The notes beneath the pieces were generated by a model, which saw only the letters and a program-made list of their open reading frames with translations, was not told the origin of the DNA and made no database searches. Shown here piece by piece: positions 61,601 through 64,000 of a DNA stretch of 64,000 nt. Where the stretch lies: IMG/VR virus record IMGVR_UViG_3300032328_000934, positions 1-64,000 of that record; one strand, given 5' to 3'. The translations under genes and the position numbers were made by a program. The stretch is from a virus (taxonomy: Duplodnaviria; Caudoviricetes). How positions within the stretch are numbered: position 1 is the first letter of the stretch; each line of letters opens with the position of its first letter.

Positions 61601-63640
61601 GAGGATCCGTTAGACTCTGAAGGGAATCCAGTCAGTGCGTTAGTCGCACCGTCGCTGCGTGCAATGAGTCGTACTATTTTTAACGAAGGCGTAGACTACG
61701 ATGAATCTGGCAAAGAGAAGCTAAAAACTGCACAAGAGCAGGCGGTCAAGTCACTTGAACAACAGATAGTAGCGTACAGAGAACAAGAGGATTTAACGCG
61801 GCCGTTTAATTTAGCACTAAAAAGCACTTACAGTAATTTTATACAAACACTGCAAAAATCCGCGGGTGGGTATAGCGACATTATGACGTACCTTTCTCAA
61901 GGTAATCCACGTGGGTTTCTTGACGTCAGCCAGCAAATGAGCGGTTTTAATATGCAATCAATTATGCAGAACCGGATTACTACACAAAATCAAGGTGTAA
62001 TGGGTATAGGTAGCGTTGCTGCAGGAACATCGGGGCCAATTGCAACCGGTAGGTCATTTAACTATGGATACACAACTGGTCCTCAGGGTACGATTCAATA
62101 TGCGAGAGACTTTATGAGGGCACCTGAGCGATCGTTGTTTAACCCGGCCGCAATTGAATCAGTTATAATGCAGGGAGTTCAGGCCAATACAGAAATCGTA
62201 CAACGCAATCTTGACTTTAGCCGCAAACTCCGCGATGCTGAGTTAGCCAACAGACGCGCTATTGAAGATATTAATCTAAACGGTATGCGTAGTTTGGAGG
62301 ATATTCACCGCACATATACAAGAAATATGATACAATTAGCACAGCAATCCGAAACGTCGAAACGTTTAGGAACAGCGCAGTTTTACACCGGTGCAGTAGC
62401 AGCAAATATAGATCCAAATGAAAAAGCAAGAATCACCGCTTCGCGCGAACAAGGTCAACAAAAAGCGTCGCACATCGAGCAGGCAGATGTAGGCACGTAT
62501 CTTAAATCAAGTGACGGTATGCAAGATACAGAATTACAGAAAGCTTATGCAGAATACCAAGCGACCCCCTTTACAAATGCTACCGTAAAAGAAGCGTCTT
62601 GGAAAAAAGTGATGGATATAGTGCAGGTTCGAAGAAGTCAGACCAAGGCCAGAATGGAGAACGCCACTGAAGTTCCGGAGCGATCTGCTGCAGAAGCGCA
62701 ATTCGGTTTACTTTCTGATAATTATGATCGTGGTCAACAATATCGAAAATACGTAGATGATATGTATAACCAACAGATGGAATTTGCAGGAAGAAGAAAG
62801 CAGTTGGGGATCAATCGCGTTGACTTAGAACGTGAGGGGGGACGTCTTCGAGAAAAAACTCCCGAGTTAGCAATGCAGCTAGGTAAGGCACGGACTCCCG
62901 AGGAAATTAGGGCTGCTAGAAATGCGATAGAGGATAACAACGTTGCTATTCAGAAGAACAGCGAGGCACTAGCGCAGAATGCCCGTGAGTTAGAGTCAGT
63001 AACTATCACTGCCCCACTCTGGGCTGATAATTGGCGTGAGGCTGGAAAACAAATTTTAGAAAGTTCTACAAGCACTATTTCAGGTTTGTTAAACAACTTG
63101 GAAGATTTTAATATAAATTATGCACGGCAACTAGAGGATGCTTATAAAGGCTTTAATAATGCAAAGAAAGATATGATTAAGCAATTCACAGATGCCGCAA
63201 TTGAAATTTCTCAAGCAGTTCCTGCTGAATTTGCAGGAGCGCTTAGCGCGATAACTGCGTACCAACGAATGTCTCTTAAGGCCGAAGCTTACTACAACTC
63301 GGGTAATGTTGAAGCAGCCCGATCAGTACAAAAATTAGCAAATTATAGTCTAGCTGGCTCATTGTATCCAAAGGGTAGCGTAGAGTATGACGCAATGGTA
63401 AATCAGCTTGACTCAAACGTAACAAGCATGACCGCAGAAGGAATGCGAAAAGACGATTCTACTTTAGGGCCATCCGGTTTAGGCGCGTACGGTGAAATGG
63501 GTCCTGACGGTAAGTACGTTTTGCGGGTTGTAATTAGGGGAGAAACTAAAACAACCAATACCCCTCCTCCGGGTGGTAGTCAAGGAGGAGACGGGCAAAC
63601 AGGTAATGGCAGTTCAACAGTAACAGGAACCTTACAATAA
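49643..63640 (+). CDS. giant tape-measure-type protein (4665 aa) with DUF4326-like, mucin-like, thermonuclease and TM segments
   Basis: Synteny after chaperones; TMP-like DPAQGMQGASIALKEFLSG region at about 59.0-59.5 kb; Gly/Ala TM segment 60530-60720. Confidence 0.8.
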   Translation: MADEIQKATEDLKLLLQALEAVNATEKGAAQIKPVLAEIGGKEGLDAYKSVADSAEAGVYLSQLNSMIKAHEQINRLIQEQIQLTKTATESMSSKPAQGADQSWWNTVEPAQVSVQAPAPAVPAQAPAAPSRPAPVRVSRSSSEPVVLPVDHRDSTQYALVSSNTAPPLRSSVGNRPQGVSDTESIIKYISENPHLLATPAGTYDEATTKKIVYLQQLVERALKGKSNKNAEALIVNQFRSLFPVTKDSTFRQLQGSVGDRPAGMDSLEKIVQYVSQNPEQLAAVSENTHTEETVERLNSFLQGIAKTRSGRADSATRVQTVLDFRKLFPKDSSKVATQDSRAVLIDTIKSVFSHIGMADMPAIQNLPEANDQYIMDLLKDSIARVGVVNPDTGRVNVANLEVTPTPSRLVRIIRGLGRVVKQAITRRSVSTSEVDASDLSAEVITQVEDFRESDPIEEQVLADEIGGKIFKPIGNSGGGTVYARSSRFTNNKAQESLRNSIRGNKDYKENVEEIQDKVANAQGTDVTGYDASSVFPISSVQSISQSIKAQREQVNEEIVAGKFKEVEIGGRIYRLPETLANKQVAIARAAHSMSKDTSLVGRRARSDRKGGIGIYGAASIQDETINLHAAAMLEHYLSNPEEPIESSLDSQFMREVVTQELDIDQPRDANTQNALRLYAQRSIESLQSTADFAYENVAAATNPAGRTAQVNFAERTLQQKAFIEKILSAKTSREERGRMLDIPKRVLTPELQEQRNQIQKKAIQNLLDQGHSADKIKELAESYAEGTLTPEQRRPLQELIDFDTHNERTVEVEGEYEPLTIDQALTYIYGADIAAVPKFEDASIGIRRYATKVSKGLAKKGVARPARPYRTKTTFGKIMGTATNEGMYESLDDKLKKESSFEDQLSSVGLRGTERDYRDAERPGVAPDTALTGPNMTRPLMMRQEIYDLVDDFFGLSTDKNAGLLSTVNYASQLTDGKSAINTPEEIKHTYDYYADPEGLTPKDALGSLFAGAEDFRSLADTSLPIIDYAKLATKESRSEYEQSALDTIQKRNPAFAQFDEDQLKRLAAVDVTKSPKQIVRQIIEIIGKQVQEAIIRASTRILTRQMQDKALTDAAQNEDGIPGIAGFTLDQIKALANADTSELPYDPALDSSDENTRSEAMQRRDERAYEIDVINQVRRTAADAANQAESQIQSMLNDYATNGNRPRDKAQAELFDALDFFELDTFDNDLGINSAFGLIDRVIEDQTGGMSQLDFFSSTMGNAVPNSSVAVDSSEDTRKAVLEIGRTTAQEEAGRTTGVTAVRRKKDYGEEYDSNQQYAEGLIQKSKSADESKRKEALQTIAMHRAVAKQRGGDPAMWASEGLIGQEEGFSGDHVSRAIQFLNYTALQKKAAAGDTDAREEAARIDEQRALVRERALNVDETARFQYNPILGERAYITVSPSGRELLQGTPYSGQVKTANMQDEFGEDVYETGTDMNPLIDSIEKASLPTFRESGNPELYREMVLLRNPDLRAIVAQTNRQLNQIGNEDIDSDFFPSDLNDTSPGGQADQIDDMILQLLKRREEIKKKDNRDMGQTDSPILSYSAERLVGEQLGEMSTDAYNRLHINSAASLLSEQERESLTQERENLIRDTGSVRKFKPSSAKEKNRLHEINKKLAQDSATRMAMDPRFATPTGIGTPQLLEAIALTAENPDRSGVANKAIEMLAELTPEEIDFLNTLDLSDKKKREEAIKNGPTSVVNLLKKINFRDPAIKKLLASNYTLNIGEESTRRGDRTSPRNPRQAAKRSRLQLASDALAVKETDDLGAFVEPAEPKSSFKVTTNEDLIKQIRALDLDTEEGLAEAEKVVRASESETPLPEDPTLRKDIVKYLVARYVKNLSRPQSAPTQSRAGAVVKNLKGVNAVVAAERRGEGVSTLRKQGVGDAHYGNPFTLQKPQAGEVPVTSVKEAVDRYKAWLAGTADQDVKPEQRDWILSQIDAGALDDQDLLYYTQLNEPSHADALAEFVNNRKRSVPEPEVATAPAVSAPMPAPAPKAEKPKRTRTKREKPVKEVTPPPAEIVKAPEPEPIVVAPEPEPAVVAPPPISTETPKPSSTTRERMTLQERRSRLVALRLKQRHLPANSELNKKYLTLQKRKPVWYDEDDTNLEAVEEKMREDSIELGPRHNRSARIKAANKYIDSIGAQVDDSADSPQYDAISKVSMASDLETVERLESRLGLSPYKESPVVPSVATTPTPTTPPVAPSESTALARVPSTALARVLTAALATVPPSTALATVPSSTALARVVTTALATVPASTALATVPSSTALAKVITTALATVPRIATPAPTTVTAPTTPLLTGPTTTALATVPKTPAPATPATTAPPATTTALAVVPKTPAPSTAATPATPTVPPATTALAVVPKTPTPATPAPKAPIITPPPAAATASTVPLLTGPTAPAPLITFSGEPTAPLPTITVPPVAPATGPAGTSPRTPRAPRAPKPAPAPAPLITFSGAPTAPIVLPTVPPVTVTPRAPRAPRAPKPPPAPIVPFSGAPTAPLPTITVPPVAPATGPAGTSPSTAPSGGGITAPGATITVTGGTVTITGSTVTGGTGGTGGAGGSGTGGTGGTGGGGGGGFRRSNLTDMIFGQMDVLSDRTKDVIRAAPDEPARIALVQAARDRYAKLQQKALQTQIDYGSPSMILNPTVPGLVAGLDTSKNPLQDLNTMTEAVLQDQIASAVERDRIENDPTLSAADRKLELAALDASDRELNDFAAVLKKVTEDLNRFQQAVRVPNTAFGNTSGRGGGGGGGPTIRTASGKVLSEADVLALSDLESKRNLYASFQGNLPNLGSRFDSQLDLTRRTRRFADATLSQLPAVDLTGVDFMGDVAKETAANAAAAELQDAIAQIKPNTLETRPIEELAVDLSRVNEAAIKLNDVIEGAGNVDAAQSGIQNVVTATGFAERQQARSGAEIDKQSASNARNLEENMQAIVSQPGLIRRLTGGVQREGAQHVREYLRGIFGDSAEGRKATDTMFYKDQMVAYDDRGRRRNIVGASTQELQNLQARVKAESGMDVSMDDLQRTQRAMARVQQARNQSPFNDVLSYGMSKMRDLDSLGQTVMGVMNAPQTIASTISQIGDPQLRTDRIMTTARALSLSPETYTKALAAATQQQSRFGGTLSKNLEDMTSFIPISNTYGVDVGKSVQVARKLAAFDPAQGMQGASIALKEFLSGNVSSLSRRFEINRSDLSKINTGDANEMLDSLDTLLGKMGVTDKLIDDQANSLATKYDRMTGRLETMQVGFSAFAVNAMTPILEPILGDKSFLAKGALDQNLQKVVTERLKSYGDSVLSDPKTGLKTVDVFSSDFVKKLDPLLGAANDSTSTAALDFTGMTGNVSNVELYRRMGNMSDSDRRRIQQSAQMSVLMGMNQEPAILKAMRDVGGDFFSGEEFQAQRRPLGFYGQAMDAPLKRQMLDQAEKGMKLGQEGQQVEILHQVDADTYDVRMPDGKRERVRLAGVDAPEKNTKEGQQASAYARYLIGTDPNNPKNKKKTATLYSKGDRDAYGRLMGSVAVGGRDLGTALVASGSAAVYNFEGKYGEDLIAPLSALERNAANTGMGPINEQAARLGLGANSEISQTVRDKYFRDKYMSVGGLYGAVGGAIGGTILGGVNAFTALGAAGGVAGAAGVASIPVLPIAAGIAALTAAGTIGYSAYTDSKDTSAPKMRELYRLQSEEDLQKQSENVGNQLYRQAARDNQARASFEQNAKNPFQQLYAKSFNYFSPTESQKAREAFVSQYTESGKELSKYYNGLASDQKKVYELVVNDPATKQRTSVFKAIQMYQSLIYRDAEKTDIVAHTLLEQNESNYNDFASRVYDTMQASKLIETAQEYGIRTTYETPYKGTGPMEAQRTMGTVSSVMDLQQFYDLSKEQRDSVAKQLDEAINTPSWKRFATEYTDQAMEKQFAMSQQRFTTFVDNTALNSLAGMNPGQLSSSVFGFRSTGTGRALEDPLDSEGNPVSALVAPSLRAMSRTIFNEGVDYDESGKEKLKTAQEQAVKSLEQQIVAYREQEDLTRPFNLALKSTYSNFIQTLQKSAGGYSDIMTYLSQGNPRGFLDVSQQMSGFNMQSIMQNRITTQNQGVMGIGSVAAGTSGPIATGRSFNYGYTTGPQGTIQYARDFMRAPERSLFNPAAIESVIMQGVQANTEIVQRNLDFSRKLRDAELANRRAIEDINLNGMRSLEDIHRTYTRNMIQLAQQSETSKRLGTAQFYTGAVAANIDPNEKARITASREQGQQKASHIEQADVGTYLKSSDGMQDTELQKAYAEYQATPFTNATVKEASWKKVMDIVQVRRSQTKARMENATEVPERSAAEAQFGLLSDNYDRGQQYRKYVDDMYNQQMEFAGRRKQLGINRVDLEREGGRLREKTPELAMQLGKARTPEEIRAARNAIEDNNVAIQKNSEALAQNARELESVTITAPLWADNWREAGKQILESSTSTISGLLNNLEDFNINYARQLEDAYKGFNNAKKDMIKQFTDAAIEISQAVPAEFAGALSAITAYQRMSLKAEAYYNSGNVEAARSVQKLANYSLAGSLYPKGSVEYDAMVNQLDSNVTSMTAEGMRKDDSTLGPSGLGAYGEMGPDGKYVLRVVIRGETKTTNTPPPGGSQGGDGQTGNGSSTVTGTLQ

Positions 63641-63655
63641 ATCTTTAAAGCAAAA

Positions 63656-63683
63656 TGCTGCGAGAGTACAGACTCTCGCAGCA
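63656..63683 (+). other. 12-bp hairpin abutting the next RBS
   Basis: TGCTGCGAGAGT-ACAG-ACTCTCGCAGCA then AAGGAGG. Confidence 0.6.
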
Positions 63684-63693
63684 AAGGAGGAAA

Positions 63694-64000
63694 ATGTCAT
63701 ACGAACTTAGTCCCATATATTTTAGTGGATACATCGGCACTAGCGGTTTTTACATGGATGCAAAAGCTAGTATTATTTCTAAAAATACCGTAACCTTTGG
63801 GGATAAAATTGAGGCTGTAGATGGCTCTGTGCATTATTTACACAGGTCTTTTAAAGACCAGTGGAATGTAACATGGTCGTTAATTCGTTACAACGCTCCA
63901 GTTAATTACCCGCTGGCCACAGTAGAAAAGTTAAAAACATTGTATCGTTCTGTAGCATTGTCAGGAACAAGTATTGTAATGGGTATTGAAGGTCAGCAGT
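63694..64000 (+). CDS. distal tail/baseplate-like protein, partial (runs off window)
   Basis: AAGGAGG RBS; MSYELSPIYFSG...DGSVHYLHRSFKDQWNVTW open to window end; function from synteny only. Confidence 0.6.
   Translation, partial: MSYELSPIYFSGYIGTSGFYMDAKASIISKNTVTFGDKIEAVDGSVHYLHRSFKDQWNVTWSLIRYNAPVNYPLATVEKLKTLYRSVALSGTSIVMGIEGQQ

Noticed and set aside
49643-63640. Virion RNA polymerase (N4- or crAss-like) as identity of the giant Cys-free protein
   Set aside because: No DxDGD or T7-type polymerase motifs seen; synteny after tail chaperones, a TMP-like core and a TM segment fit a tape measure.
1-64000. Prophage, alternative genetic code, or reverse transcriptase/DGR
   Set aside because: No integrase, att context or host genes; long ORFs read normally in code 11; no RT motif or TR/VR pair seen.

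Overview
The whole window is part of a large, apparently lytic tailed dsDNA phage genome, probably siphovirus-like because no tail sheath gene is visible. No host chromosome, integrase or CRISPR array is seen. There are four blocks. (1) 1-14.2 kb, + strand: replication, recombination and nucleotide genes (family A DNA polymerase, RecA-like, two PD-(D/E)XK nucleases, metallophosphoesterase, ThyX), a methyltransferase/glycosyltransferase cluster and two tRNAs (Arg-UCU; CAU, probably Ile2). It ends at a non-coding zone with phased DnaA boxes. (2) 14.8-28 kb, - strand: small early/host-takeover-type genes (ArdC, Gp88-like, many unknowns). They are punctuated by a repeated leader hairpin and by five mosaic intergenic modules built from a terminator, G-quadruplex-type G-tracts, covarying hairpins and a promoter-like box; four of the modules separate single-gene cassettes. 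(3) 28-41.8 kb, - strand: an operon with an NLTPH-motif protein and a Ro60-related DUF2828 protein preceded by structured RNA-like elements, a lysis cassette, portal, intein-containing large terminase, class II ribonucleotide reductase and MazG. (4) 42.1-64 kb, + strand: head and tail morphogenesis, ending in a 4665-aa cysteine-free tape-measure-type protein that carries an intact-looking thermonuclease domain, a DUF4326-like domain and a mucin-like segment. The most unusual candidate system is the repeat-delimited cassette array, which shows sequence evidence of recombinational shuffling. All family assignments come from motif recognition by eye, not from database searches.
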